Positions 12,607-25,618 of a stretch of 64,000 nt of DNA are shown piece by piece. A program made the translations under genes and the position numbers. Under the pieces are notes generated by a model. The model worked only from the letters and a program-made list of their open reading frames with translations. It ran no database searches and was not told the origin of the DNA. The first letter of the stretch is position 1; each line of letters starts with the position of its first letter. The stretch is from Amphiscolops sp. MND2022 (Eukaryota): positions 4,342,001 through 4,406,000 of the forward strand of contig OZ076409.1 of assembly GCA_964187785.1 (NCBI GenBank). Direction: 5' to 3'.

Positions 12607-13852
12607 GTTCAGTTTGAAATGAAAACGGTATTCAGCTTAATGTTCAATTACCACAGATTGAATTTTCCACCTGAGTTTCACTACTATTGATTTTTTTGGC
12701 CTTACAACTGAGATGAGATGTCGCTCCAAATTGTATCGTGGGTGTTTTTTCTGTTTTTAATTTCATGGAAGGGTTCTTGCTTTTTTCGCGTTGACAGTAA
12801 CTTGTTCACGTGGTTTATAGTAGGTCTTGTATACTTCATTTCATAAAAGATGCTTTCACCTCCATTGTGTTGGCAGAACACAATCACCGCAAATTTTGGC
12901 TTCAACGTTCCGATCGTTTCGACTAACTGCTTCAAACTCAACTGTTCTATATGTGTTTGGAACAAAGAATTCAAACTCAAGTCAAACTACTTGGGTCAAA
13001 CTCAAACTATTGTGATTTAAACCCAATTTCAAACATTCTGAGACCAAATCCAGGGCTTAAAAACCCAAACTTAAAACCGACCAACAATCCTGCTTGCAAT
13101 CCTGACGTTTTCGTATTCAAACTCTTCTGTTTTGAAGAAGCGACCCATCGATCACTTTCAAATGAAATACGCTACATCTTCAAAAGTGCAGGGATTTTCA
13201 ATCATTTTGAGGAATTTCCTGTGTTTTCCGAAATTCTTTTATGTATTCGTCATGTTTCGGAGAAAAGTTGGACCCATTTCCGAAATTTTTGAAAGTTAGA
13301 CCGAAGTCTTTAGATCCATTTGAGACATTTTTTGTCGAACCTTTACGTGTTCTGTCAATCTAAACCTCAAACTATACAACGGGGTTAGGGGTCAAGTAGA
13401 AATTCAAGAACAAACTGTGATCTAAAACTCAATCTCAAAAAAGTCAAGTACTTGAATTCCCCGGTTTGGAAATAATATTGCTAATGGTAATGGTCACTTG
13501 GCTTGAAATCACTTTGCTTAAAGCCATTTGGTTTGATACACCTGGTCACTTGACTGAATTGTTTCCGGTAAAGGGTCAATTGGGTTGATACAGTTTGACT
13601 GAGAAACACAGCTGAAAACGCGTGGCAGATAATGTCGAAGTTATCATAACGCGGTCAGTTATGTTCACGGTACCCTAAATGCAGGAGCGAAGCGTAACGA
13701 CGTGTCATTTGACCATGCCTCAATGTTGCAAGCTGGCGAAGGGATCGAAGCGACCGAGCCTCACATCAAATATGCTGAACTTTTCGTTTTATATTTAATT
13801 CAGTTTTATCCTTCAAAAGGTTGTTTTCAATTAGTTTGTTCAATTCGAAAGT

Positions 13853-16330
13853 AAAATTAGATGTGAAGACCAACGAGTTAAAGGCTGTCCCCTTCGATAA
13901 AGGAGCCGTGTTTTGCCTGATGTCCAACCATGATTACCAGTCAAAGTTATCCGATATCCTCGAAGGAGTGCAGTTCCAGAAGCGCACGGACCTTCAGGGT
14001 GGCTTTGTAGTCAAATTTGATGCCAAGTTCAACCAGAACCTAAAAGCTCTCTACGATGCTGGCAAGCTACCGCTTGATGTCTATGAGAAGGTTAGATGAT
14101 GTGGCGGGACAACGGCCCTGCTTTACGTCCTTGCCAAAGTCCACAAGAAACATTTTCCTGTCATAATGATTTTCTCACTCCCCGCGAGTTGCAATGAACT
14201 GCTCATCCGCTACTTGAGTCAGTGGTTTGAAAATATTTCTGAAGTCCACTTAGAAGCATCTACAATTGACATGAGAAATTGTGTTATCGGGGCTTTCTTT
14301 GATGATGATGAAGTGTTAGTATCAATTGACGATGCTAGTTTGTTCACCATTGTGCCAGTTGCTGAGTCAACCGGATATTCCGTTGATTTAGTGTACAGCA
14401 GAAGTGAAAAGACACCGGTTTTACGGAAGTGTTTGCTGAACTCATGGAAATCTCAGTGATCGATATTTTTTCATGTAAACTGGTATTTGATACCAACAAA
14501 AAGATGGGGTTGCTACGGGTCCAGCCTTAGCTGTTATAATCGCCAATATATGGATGGAACACTTTGAGCAGCAGGTCAGTCTGAAAAAGATAATTCGGCC
14601 ATTCTGTATCCATGTGGCGAATGCAGACTTGATGTACAATCAGATGCAATAATGTGTTTGAATTTTGTGACGTTTAATTCATTTGGGCTGTGAAAATTAT
14701 GACGTTCGGGACATTGCTTTACTATCGTACCAGGCCTGTGAATGTGGTTGTCAAGGTGCCAGCTCTAGTCGGGCGAAGGTTATTGCCAGATACGTCGATG
14801 ACATCATAAGGTCGGTCAAAAGATCTGGAATTGACAATTTCTACCTTTTGTCACTTCCTTGCACTCCAACCTCAGTTTCACGATGGAATGCAGAATGAAA
14901 ACGGAAGTATTCCCTTTGTAGATATGTTGATCTGCGGACGGGATATAAAACTAGAGACATCGTGGTTTTCAAATCCAACGGACATGGGCCTCAAAATGTT
15001 GTTCCATTCATGTGGTACTAGAAAATACAAGAAAAAATAATGTGGGAGGAACTAATCATCGTATTAGCAACGCCACATCCACCAGGCACATTTTTGATGA
15101 TTGCCTCGAGAAATCAAAAAGTGTGTGGGAATCGAACCAGTACTCACCTGACTTTACAATCCAGTGGCCAGAAAAACGGCGATGGCCTGTTGGATTGAAT
15201 GAATTTGTGCGAATATGCAATCTGTCACTGAGATCGAAATAAAATGGTCAAAAAAAATTTTGATCAAATCTATGTTGTTTTCAATTACCTTGCGTTTTCA
15301 AATAACAATGTTTTTGGCGGTTGGATATGCCCCTGTTTCTTCTAGTGACCCGCTTATTTTAATCTTGCTAAGCGAGGTCGAACAAGAACAAAAACCTAGC
15401 GGCGGGAAGGGATATCGCGAAGCCATCGTAGTGGGAGCTGGTCTTTGCGACGGTGAGGGCGAGCGTGCATACACCATATATGACCCACATTTCAGTTTTT
15501 AGATCTTATTCCTTTAGATCTTGTGCAGTCGAGCTCTCAGGATCTTGTGTAAAGGATGTCAAGTTTGTAGAATTTAATGATCCAATTTGTAGAACTGAAT
15601 GATCCAGTTTGTAGAAAAACATTCTACAAACTGGTGCAGCTAGGACCAATTTGTAGAAATCTACAAACTGGTATTCTACAAACTGGACGTAATTCCGTAA
15701 ATGACCCCATTTTAGGTGGGAAATGTTCCTAAACATTTTAAACGCTTTTAAACGCTTTGCAGGAGCAAAGACCCAGCAAAAACAGAACAATTCGAACTGA
15801 AAACTTTGGATTCACTTTCGATCTCGTTTTTCGCTCACAGAATAAATCGATCCAAAAATACCAGAAAAACAATGTTGAAGATCATGGAATCTGACAACAC
15901 GAACGATTTGAATGTCCCATCAAGACCCGTGGTTAATGGGAGACAAACTCACGAGAGTGCTGTGTTTTCTTTGCAGTACCGTGGAAACCAACCAGATCAT
16001 TTTGCGAGAAATTGTGCGAGAACCGTGACAACATAACAAATGTAATTTCAACCAGATAATTGAGAAGTGTTCTGTCATCACTCAAATCACCTGTTCTCAA
16101 AATGCTTGCTAGTCGAGTGGTCTCTCATATTGAGTGTCCAGGCTGTAACTCGGGCTATGTCGCACAAAATGTGAGACATTTGACCACACAGCTTGCTGAG
16201 CATGCCAGAACATCATCACCCATTCGTCAACACCTTAGAAATTTTTCGTCGGTATCCGGAAAAATATCCATCGAAGCTCGCGTGGTTGACAAGTGCCGAG
16301 ATGTCTAAAAAATGCTCACACTCGAGGCCC
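13853..16330 (+). pseudogene. Penelope-like element ORF, copy 3, continuing through RT thumb to GIY-YIG endonuclease; interrupted by a MITE
   Basis: RYVDDII, NENGSIPFVDMLI, WFSNPTDMG, KSVWESNQYS, LQYRG, and SRVVSHIECPGCNSGYVAQNVRHLTTQLAEH (degenerate PLE GIY-YIG) at 16060-16308. Confidence 0.85.
15178..15862. mobile_element. MITE inserted in the Penelope-like ORF (same family as 36524-36924), with an internal palindromic insert at ~15550-15700
   Basis: GG..CC ends, AGAAAAAC duplicated at 15170-15177 and 15863-15870. Excision restores NPVARKTMLKIMES. Both ends are homologous to 36524-36924 in opposite orientation. Confidence 0.75.
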
Positions 16331-16808
16331 GTGAGCCCTTTTTCTCGATCAAGTTGTAGTCGGGTAATTTTGTTACAGGGCCAACACTCTCTTGAACATT
16401 CCATCGCGCACATATAATTTTGGTAATTTTCCTCTTTCTCACTGGTATCTTTAAAAAGGTAATTTTCCATTTCTTTTTGAAAATTTTTCAGTCGCCGATG
16501 ATCAGTTTATTCTCAAAAGGCGTTCAATAGAGTTTTAAATTTGATCTTGTCAATTTCATGTTGTTTTTAGCCATTGCTTGAGCAAGAGTGAACTTGGTTT
16601 AATTTTTTGGTCTTTTTTGCTTGACAAAGTTCAATTGATTTCAATGAAAAAATTAAACCAAATGACTTAAATCCTGGTGACTTGTAACCTTGCGATTTTT
16701 GTGCAAAATTTTGAGTTTGATATATATTTTATATTTGATATATTATATAATTCTAAGTGCTCCTTTTTGCGAGCAGACAACAATCTTAGTTGTTCAAATT
16801 CAATGAAT

Positions 16809-16863
16809 TCAAATAAACTGTTCTGTTTCTTTGATAAAGTCAGTCAAGTTTTTGATTTGGAGA
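16809..16863 (-). pseudogene. Extreme C-terminus of the LINE ORF2 split by the LTR element
   Basis: Joining 28405 to 16863 across one GCTTC gives LSEALQIKNLTDFIKETEQFI*, directly after the CCHC knuckle. Confidence 0.6.
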
Positions 16864-16868
16864 GCTTC

Positions 16869-18631
16869 TGTCAAGAACATTACGGTTCGTTTTGTCACCA
16901 TGTTCACTATTAAAGGTAGTTTTAGCTTTCGCGTTGTGCTGAACTTCGGAATAACCTTCCGGTCTCTCATCAGATCTCTCCCATCCCCTTCTAGTCTCCT
17001 GTCCTGAACCGGCCATTATAACGTTTTGAATCAGGGGCAAAACCTGGTTATTGATGGCGTCACTTATGGCTCTCTGGATCTGAGAACTAACACTGTTCAT
17101 CATCTCATCCATCTCTCTAGATATTCTGGAGTTTATTTCACACGATAACTTATTGATCTCAGCTTGGGAATCTATGCTTGCTGAATTTTGGTCGTAACCG
17201 GCACTAGTCCCAACTCCGAGATTTCTATGATCAGACTAGAGATTCATTTCCTCATTTTCCAAGTTATTACTTGTAATACTTTCTTGCCTCCTAATGGAAG
17301 TCCTATCGAGACTTTCGTCTCTTCTCGTATCATTGAAGTGATTTTCACCCAACATTATGTCAAGGTTTTCAATGTCGGAGAGAATTTCTAATCCTCTAGA
17401 TTTCCTTGCTTTCTTTTGCTTTCTTGTAGTAGGCATTAAGACTGGACCGGGTTGAAAACTTGAATTATCAATTCCGGAAATTAACAGTGAAACCGTTTGT
17501 ATTATGAACGTCTTTATCAAAAGGAGAGAAGTACAAAGTATGAGACTTCCTGCAGGGGTATGGGTATTTATACCCCTGAAAGGATGACACACACATTTTT
17601 TACATACTTTGATCAAGACAAATCATAGGATTTTACAATCATCATAGGGAAATCCCCGACAACTACATATTTCCGGGGGACATTTAAGGAATGGTATTCA
17701 GAGTCATCATTTTAAGTAGCAACTTCAAACAATTTATCGGTTAGACCTACTTCAGGTGTGATGTAAACAAATATCACAACTTGCATATTTTATAGTAATG
17801 TAAAATGAAGGCACGTGCCGGCACAAGTTTACTGCAAATTAAGCTGAAAACGGAATGTATTACTATGTGTGGAATTCTAATACTGCATTGATATTCGCGA
17901 AAATACACTCGCATATTAGAGCCGGAATAGGCCCAAATCCATAACATGTACTGCGCATATGAAGGACATGGTAAAAAGGCCTCAACTGTCCCTTTATCCA
18001 AGTTGGGAGTATACAAACATCAAAACATCACAAACGTATTTATTTAGACTAAAAACATGATTCTAATAGCTCCGCGTAAGTATTGATCCAATTAGGCAAC
18101 AAAGGTATTATTATGCTTGAATTGGCCGAAACCGTCCATTTGACTGAGGGATTGGAATAAATTAGCACCGCTTAGCCAATTGACCATATCCGGCCATCAT
18201 AAATAAAGCACTCATTATTAGCAAAAGGAAAGCTCTGATTGGCTAATAATCGTACTGAAAGTTACATCGCCGAGACGGGAGGTTTTCTTACTTGAACACG
18301 TTTCCTTCTCGCGATTAACCTGCTTATTGTACGTTACCGCTTTGATCAATTTCAACACTCTATTTGTAATACAACAAACTTCCTTTTAGTCTTCCTTTTA
18401 GACTTTCGCAAAACAACCTGATTTGGATAGTTCCAAATCGTAACTTTAACAGACTAATATCACGAACAATTATATAAAATGCACTTGAATAACAAAAATG
18501 AATGTGATTAACAAATAAATATAAGTTTCAGCAAGGGAAAGTTTAAAACGTGGGTAGGGTACCTGGGACAATTTCTTGATTCTCCGCCGACGTCGTTATT
18601 AATGTGCCGTCACAGGCGGCAGCCTGCGACA
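16869..18631 (-). repeat. 3' LTR
   Basis: Direct repeat of 26648-28399; minus strand begins TGTCGCAGGCTGCCGCC and ends TTGACA. Confidence 0.92.
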
Positions 18632-18833
18632 ATTATAGAAAATCAACCAAACTTCCGGCGCAATTCGAATTTTTCAGACATATCAGTTTTTCTCCCCCAT
18701 CGATGGGCCAACAATGGCCCATCGATGGGCGGTCCATGGAAAAGCTTTTTTTGGATCCAAACTTTACTCATGGGTGGCCCATGGGTGGACCATGAATGGC
18801 CATGCATGCGAGTCCATGGGATCTCAGTACGGG
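18632..18833. mobile_element. One end of a CCC-terminus MITE with CCATGG/CCATCGATGG palindromic subterminal repeats
   Basis: Many CCATGG-type palindromes at 18697-18820, ending ...TCTCAGTACGGG; same architecture as 1892-2811; second end absent. Confidence 0.45.
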
Positions 18834-19362
18834 TTGGTGCTTAGCGGCTGTCTTGTATTTGTATTCAATAATGAACAAATCAGCCTAATACAGTAGACTG
18901 AATTAAACATAGTGCTCTCTGTTGCTAGCCTGCAAAAGTAAACGTAAATCCACACTATGGAACCATCAGCCTGAGATTGTATTGTGTTGAGTGAAAAAAG
19001 TGTCAGTGATAAGAGATCCTAATTTAAGGATCGATTTTTTCTAGATTGAATTGAAACATATTTGTTGATTTTCAATTTTATAATGCTGCTCCGTTCCGCT
19101 GTTTAAGCCAGTTTGACTCTATTTTAACGCAGTTTTTATTGCCATTCAGTTTCTATGGGATTGAAAAACCATATCTCCATTTTCTTTTGGCATATATCGG
19201 GCGTTGATTGTTTTGCGAAAGACTTTTCAAAACATTGTTTCTGAAGATACTTTCTCTTGTCAAAATTGTTTTGAAAATTGTTTTTAATAATGTAAAGAAA
19301 CGAAAGTCTTAGTTAGTCTTAAGTCTTAGCACAACTTTTGTTTGACCACTTTTTGCCTATAG

Positions 19363-20070
19363 CTAAAACGACACTGCGGGTGTTATGAAGAGGAATGCCC
19401 CGGCGTTGAGACCGTTCTCATATGCTTCTCTTCTGATTTTCGTGATGTGCTCAGGCTCTCCTCGTGGCTTGGACCTTGCAACATACCATTCTACCTTCTC
19501 TTTCTTTATTGCTTCTGAGGATCTGCCACATACCATACAGCCGGAATACTGTTTATTGCTCACGTCCTCGTACGGCCTTGTGTTCTGTACATAGAACGAC
19601 GCGTGAAAACCACTCATGGTAGCCTGCATCAGGGGGGTGTCCAAACTCGGCCCTCTCTCATGGTCAGGCGGTGACATGGGTGACTCTGGCACTGGTAATA
19701 GAGTCTTGCAAACCTCTATCCTTGACTTTCCCAACTTCTTTGGGGGAGCATAACACATCTCCTGGTCAAAGTACCTGTGGTCAAATTTCGGAGTCACATC
19801 TGTTCGCATCTGGGAAGAACTGGGGCCAGCTTCTGGTTCGTCTCCTGAAGGTTCCTCCATAGTCATTATGCGGCCCCCAATTAGCATGGGGCTGGAGGTG
19901 ACTTCCCTTTCGATTCTTGCAACAAGCTGCTCCGTGTCTGTGGAGCAGTCGGTTTCCCAGTCTGATGACTCTTCCTCACTGCTGGAAAGGTATATTACTG
20001 ATCTTTCAGAATCATCTGAGTCGTATTCCTCCAGATCGAACAATCTTCTAGCTAAGTTGTATTTGCTCAT
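19363..20070 (-). CDS. Accessory ORF of the LTR element, 235 aa, acidic/disordered N-terminus and C-terminal CxxC
   Basis: Uninterrupted ATG-to-TAG ORF with GC content above the flanks; RRLF, VIYLSSSEEE, AGPSSS and CMVC motifs. No family recognised. Confidence 0.7.
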   Translation of the reverse strand: MSKYNLARRLFDLEEYDSDDSERSVIYLSSSEEESSDWETDCSTDTEQLVARIEREVTSSPMLIGGRIMTMEEPSGDEPEAGPSSSQMRTDVTPKFDHRYFDQEMCYAPPKKLGKSRIEVCKTLLPVPESPMSPPDHERGPSLDTPLMQATMSGFHASFYVQNTRPYEDVSNKQYSGCMVCGRSSEAIKKEKVEWYVARSKPRGEPEHITKIRREAYENGLNAGAFLFITPAVSF

Positions 20071-20139
20071 GATTATCTTTTTTGCTGTTTTTGAAGCTAT
20101 TCGTAGTGACTGTATTGAAGAGAAGTTTGTAGTAGAATG

Positions 20140-20880
20140 AATTTGTCATTTTTAAGAAAATAGCCGAATCAGGCCTTTTCCCGAACTTTCCGGTTCGGCG
20201 GGAGAACCTTAGGTTAATCGTCCCGATCCTTCGTAAACTTTTCTAAATGGAATTCCTTGATTAGTCGGCTCCCTTTGATAACCTGATGTTTACCCCTCAT
20301 CAGTGTCATCACTAGAAGAGGTGTGAATGACGCTCGACTTATGAATATCAACTACACCCGTCTCAAGTGGGTAATTAACGGGTCGCTTGTAAGCAATTAG
20401 CGGCACGCGTCACCAAAATTTCTCGTAATGGCTTCAGCCAATCAGCGTTAAGCTTCGATAAGTTGTAAAATTAAATAATAAAAACGGCGAAAGTAATAAA
20501 TCTAAATAATCCAAGATGGCGAAAATTCTAGCTAAGGGCAACTAGGGTAACTGGACGAGACGGTAAAACCAAACAGGGCAAACGGCCATAATCGGCCATT
20601 AACTAAATAGGCTGCAAATAATGAAGATCTTTGTACATTTCGCTGGCAGACTCCATGTACAGAATAAATATGTAAATAACCAAATAATATTAGTCTGGTA
20701 AACTTTCTTCAGCCACGAACTCCAACTTCTAGTTCTATTACCCCATTTTAATTCCAGTTCAATTCTGATTATTTTACTTCTGCATTCTTTATCTGAAATC
20801 CTTCACCAGACTGCTTTCGCTACTCATCTTTAACCTCTCCAACAGCCTTCCTCTCTGAAATATCCCCGGGACCCGTCCCT
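20140..20880. promoter_or_regulatory. Putative bidirectional promoter between the two accessory genes
   Basis: Non-coding gap between divergent ORFs; AGCCAATCAG CCAAT box (~20436) and AAGATGGCG YY1-like site (~20513). Confidence 0.35.
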
Positions 20881-21115
20881 AATCCGGATTCGGCCAGATT
20901 CTACATCTCTGGAGCCTGATTGGTTCGACATTGATAGGCGAAGCAGAGCAGAATGTCTTCAGTTGAAGGCTGGTTTGCTTTGGTTTTGAACCTAATTTAA
21001 CCTGATCAGGGCTAAATTTGTTCACAAAATGCTTCCTGTTTCCATCAGCAAACACGTGATAACACGTTTTATTCAAATTTTCAAAGTACTTCCGGAAGTT
21101 TTCTAATGCGGTAGA

Positions 21116-24100
21116 TTGGATTTCTTTCAAGGAAGCTCACCGCCAAATTTCATCTCCTTCTGTTTAGAACATCAGAATGTTGATGAACCACAAGTCCAAA
21201 GCAACACTACAACTGGCAGTCCCACTGGGCCTCCTCAACGTCCAGTTCCCATTTCAATGCCCAGCAGTGCACCTTCTCCTCCTCCATTTCCCCCAGTCAG
21301 AGCTGTTCTCAGTCAAACAATGCAGATGGCTGTTGATTCTCCTTTCAGTAATGAGAGCAACGTTGATGTCACCACTTATGCGGATGAGATGGTTCAGCGG
21401 ATGGAAATTTCCCAAAACCTCATCGGTGTTGATCCTGCTCGCCACGATGACGAAGGTCCATTTACGGCCCAAATCCCAACTGCACAGGCCACGATTTGGG
21501 ATCCTGAATTTGTACGCTCAAGCACTCCAAATCCATCCAACCAGCCTGGGGCTACAGTAGTCAGTCTTTCCCAGCTTGAATCGTCCCTCTCCAATGTGCC
21601 AAAGACACAAGCTGACCTCCCTGAATTACAAGTAAACCAGGACTAGACTCAAGAGGTGTCTGAAGCTTCATTCCTCCAGTCTGAAGAGAATGCTTCATCC
21701 TCAGTCATTGAACCACCGCCACTTCCTGGGAGAAATGAGCGGGCCAAAGCCTCGGGTGAACATAGCGACACCAATCAAACACTGGAAAGTGCAAGTCAGT
21801 CCGAAATCCCTGCTCTGTATGGGACAAACCCCTTTGACTCTGTTCCACTATCTGAGGGAGGTGGCGAATCTGGGTCTGAGATTCATGACCCGGGCCAACC
21901 GGGCACGTCAAGGGCAGGCCTACCGGTACAAGGTGAAGTTCTGCGAGATCTGTCAGGGCGAAGTAGAGCAACCCTGAAACAAAATTTTGAGACTGAGGAC
22001 CCATACACCTTCCCTGTCGGACAAAGGGTCGTTGCCTTCACTGAGCCACAAGTCTACCATTTACTCCGAGTTTTGACTGATGAGGCCATAAATATGACTT
22101 GCTCCACTATGGAGAAGATGGTAATTGGAGCTGTCAGTGGGACACCTGCAACAGCCCCTTCACGGACTGAACGATTTCGGTCAGTAGCTCGTTCCTCTAC
22201 TTCAGGTCCCAATCAACGTGTTGGGTCCAGCTCCGAAGAAATTCTGACTGAATATGGTTCAGGGTCAGAATCCCAAGCTGACACGAGTATGCTTCAGAAT
22301 GTCAGCGACTTCTTCAATCCTGATGAGAGTGATGGTGTCACGGAGATGGCCCTAATTAACCAAGCCTTTGGGATAACCGCTTCTGGGAGTTCTCCTCCTG
22401 TAGCACAACCGGGACAGTCACGAGGCCTTTCTGAGGAAGGAACTGAGTCAGCCGAGAAGAGTAGCTTCGATGCCACATTGTCCGAGGTCCGTAACCGGTC
22501 TTCTGCCCAGAAGTCCCGTCAGGGAGTTGTGACAGCCAAATCTGCTAAAGTCAAAAGGGGACCAAAGCGCGGAGTACCCATGAGGGAGGAGTTTTTCTCC
22601 AAAATAAGGTGGACGAGGTCTTTCATCTCTGGGCCAACTGACCCTCTCCACAATCCACACATGGTATGGTGCCACATGTGTAAAAAAAACTTCAGCATTG
22701 AAACCAAGGGCACCGTTGAGATCTTGCGCCACCATAGAACAGAAAAGCACCTACGTCGCGATCAAAGGTGGAGATATGAACACCTCAGAACAAGTGATTC
22801 GGTGACCGGAAAGATTCAACATCGGGTTCGTGGGAGGAATGGCAAAATCCTCAATAAGAGTGATCTAGCCCATGAACTGCCTAAATTCATCCACACTGAG
22901 CTCATCGATGTAGGAGAGAGACACCCCTTTTATAAGGATTATCTGAAGGGTCTTACTTCCGCACCTGTTACGCCTCAGTCGCGGTTGCGGACTCAGATTT
23001 GCCTTGTTGGAGACTTTGTCCAAAGTTCGGGAGACCTGGCTCTGCTTCGTAAACTGTGGGCGAGGGCTGGCAACTATACAGGGTACCAAGCGGCCTTCCA
23101 AGACTTCGATTGGAGCGAAGATCATATAATGGTAAGTTTATTCAACTGCTTCTCATAGAGTCATGGTTAGCATAACAGAGGGTTAGAAGAGCAGCAGCAC
23201 ATAATCTTCCAATTTTGTTCCATTTCAGGCCATCTTCCAACACATCTTCAATTGCATGATGGAAGACGTGTCCAATCAGGTTGCCGCATCCCAACATTTT
23301 GGGATCGAATTTGAGAAGAGGGGGACTAATCGCTACATGTCCCTCCGATTCTGGAATGGTGCCCAGCTTTGTCGGGTCTTCATCTGCCGGAGTGGTCTTA
23401 CCGGCGCTGGGCTTAGTGAAGAACTGGGCTCTCTGTCACGGCTGTTGTCCGTCATTTCTACAACCCCCGATGTAGTCGCCATCTCAGGATGTGCTGTCGA
23501 CCTGATCAGGACAGTGGACAAACAACCCTCTTACCCTCCGGGCGTGCAGAGCTGTTTCCGCTTCGAGTGCCTCAACCTCCAAACGCTGATGCACAAGATG
23601 AATTACAGTGTGTTTGGCCACGTTGACATGTTCTCGGTGCTTCAATGCCTGTTAGTTTCACTTGGAGGATGCCTCTCAGAAGACTGGATCATTGAATCAG
23701 CTGAACTCATTCGAGTAAGTTCACTTTGTGAATTCAGTCTGTAAGGTACTAGTGTGAAGAGATAAACTACATCAATTGGCCTCTTGATCCTAAGAGCTGT
23801 AATGTTCTAGGCGATTACAACTTGTACACTCGAAGTGAAAAATGTACCAGATTTGTGCCGGGACCTGCTGAAGAAATGGAAGTCAATTCTGCGATACCTC
23901 TCAGTCCATTCTCGCAGACAGGAAAACCAAGGAGTCCACAATAAGGTTATACCTCTTTAATGGTACTTATTTCCTTTAGGAAGAGTTCATGCTAATTGCC
24001 ACCCTTTTGGTAATGTGGGTAGGGTTATTTGTCTCGTATTCCCCCGTGTTTTTCGCAGGTCCAGAGTTTTGAGTGGTCCCTCATCATGGACAATTTCTTC

Positions 24101-25376
24101 ACCGCCAAATTAGAGCTGTTCCAGCGCCTGGTCAGCGATTGTGAGTATTTCCTATTTCGTGATAGTCACTTTGGTCTGTCGTCCTTTTAAGGACCTTTAG
24201 ATTTTGTATTTCAGACGTCACCAGTTTCGCTATCAATCTAGCTCAAAGACGGGACGCTTCCTTCTTCCTGTGCGGAGAGATATGCAGGTACATCAACCGT
24301 CTCTGTTTTCGTGTTTTCCGACCCGACACCGTGCCATTAGAGAATGCCTGGTTTCTGTTAATGGACTTCCAGCTTGGCCAAGGCACACTCATGGATGATG
24401 AAGACTTCCTGGTGCGTCTTAAGATAGCCAGCAGAGTTGCCACTGCCTGTAACCTGAAAGCAGCAGGACTCCACTTTAACAAAAAGTCCAGTAAGGCAGC
24501 CATTGCCAAAACATCTGAAGTTGCGAAGTCAGATTTTGTGTCCAGTGCCAAGGACTTTATCAAATTTCTGTTGTCAGGGGTCCTCCAACACACAGAGCTC
24601 GCTTTTGACCTTATCAAGGGACTAGCCGCGTTCGATCCCTTTATTTTGTTCCAAAGGCCTGTGGAAGTCGCCTTACGCCATTTCGACTATTTGTATTCGA
24701 CATTCCAGTTGCGTTCCTGGGTCTCTGCATCGAATGAGTCAGTTTGCCGGGATGAATATGTGGCCTTTTTGGACTATCTCCGTGCCAATCATTCCACCGA
24801 ATTCAGTTCCACCAGTCATCCTCCTGACCTCCTTGACTTTTTTATGGGCTTAGATTTCCTTCAAACCCACGACCACATTTGTTACTTGTTCAAGTTGAGC
24901 TGTTTGTGTATAACATCTGTTAGCCCCGAGTATCCCCAGTGTCTTTTGGAAAGATTGACACGAGAGGACTTCGGTCCCGTTTGGCAGACGTTATCTTTCC
25001 CTGCCAGAGTTACATGACATCAGTGCCTGATTCCCTGCTTGCCTGTTGCACTGAGTCCCGACTTGAGATGTTCTGTCATTTGTCCACTTCGTTTGGACAA
25101 TCAAGTTTCGCCGCCGATTATGACCCTTGGACCTTCGTAGACGGTTTCGGCCGTTCTGCTATTTACAAGACTCTTGTGACATCTTATCGTTCTGTTCCCG
25201 CTGGGTCAGACTTCCATTTTAGGAGTCCCACTCTTCCTGATGTTTCTTCTGTGCAAGACGCACCTGCTGTCAAGCTGCCTAGTGAAGGCAAACGTAGACG
25301 GATGGAAAGGAGTTGTTCCCGTAGTAGATCCTCATCTGTCATTGAAGAATCCCCTGCTGGTAGCTCTAAAAACTAA
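21116..25376 (+). pseudogene. Multi-exon gene (~1250-1300 aa) antisense to the LTR element; zinc finger plus hAT-transposase-like body; one nonsense codon and one frameshift
   Basis: Exons <=21167-23131, 23229-23714, 23811-23945, 24059-24140, 24215-25376 joined by four GT-AG introns (97, 96, 113, 74 nt) that all keep the frame. Zinc finger WCHMCKKNFSIETKGTVEILRHHRTEKH. TAG at 21644-21646; frameshift near 24939. True start not determined. Confidence 0.85.
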
Positions 25377-25618
25377 CTGTACATATGTATTTATGTACTT
25401 ACAGACTGTAAACTTTGCTGATTTTCTGTTTGTATTATTTGTTTCATTTTGTTGTTCTTGGTTTCCTGATCCCGTATTTATTTTCTATGCAAGGGATCGT
25501 CCAAATTTTCCATTATTTATTCAGAAAATACTGCTGTATGGGACTGATAAAAAGAAAAATAAAAGAGAAAAAAGCAGAACAGTTCAGGGCTAATTTCCTG
25601 AACCGAATTTAACTTTCT

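Larger units (their letters stand above)
8053..14904. repeat. Tandem triplication, period 2298 bp
   Basis: Units begin TACCACAGATTG at 8053, 10351 and 12649; the ORF track repeats at a 2298 offset; identical 42-bp filler at both junctions. Confidence 0.97.

Noticed and set aside
8700..16500. Hammerhead ribozymes or pseudo-LTRs expected for Penelope-like elements
   Set aside because: No CTGANGA...GAAA core with supporting stems found; the element's ends are lost.
21116..25376. An independently inserted autonomous hAT transposon or a host gene
   Set aside because: No TIRs or 8-bp TSD seen, catalytic residues appear absent, and it lies inside a TSD-bounded LTR element. Not fully excluded without other copies.
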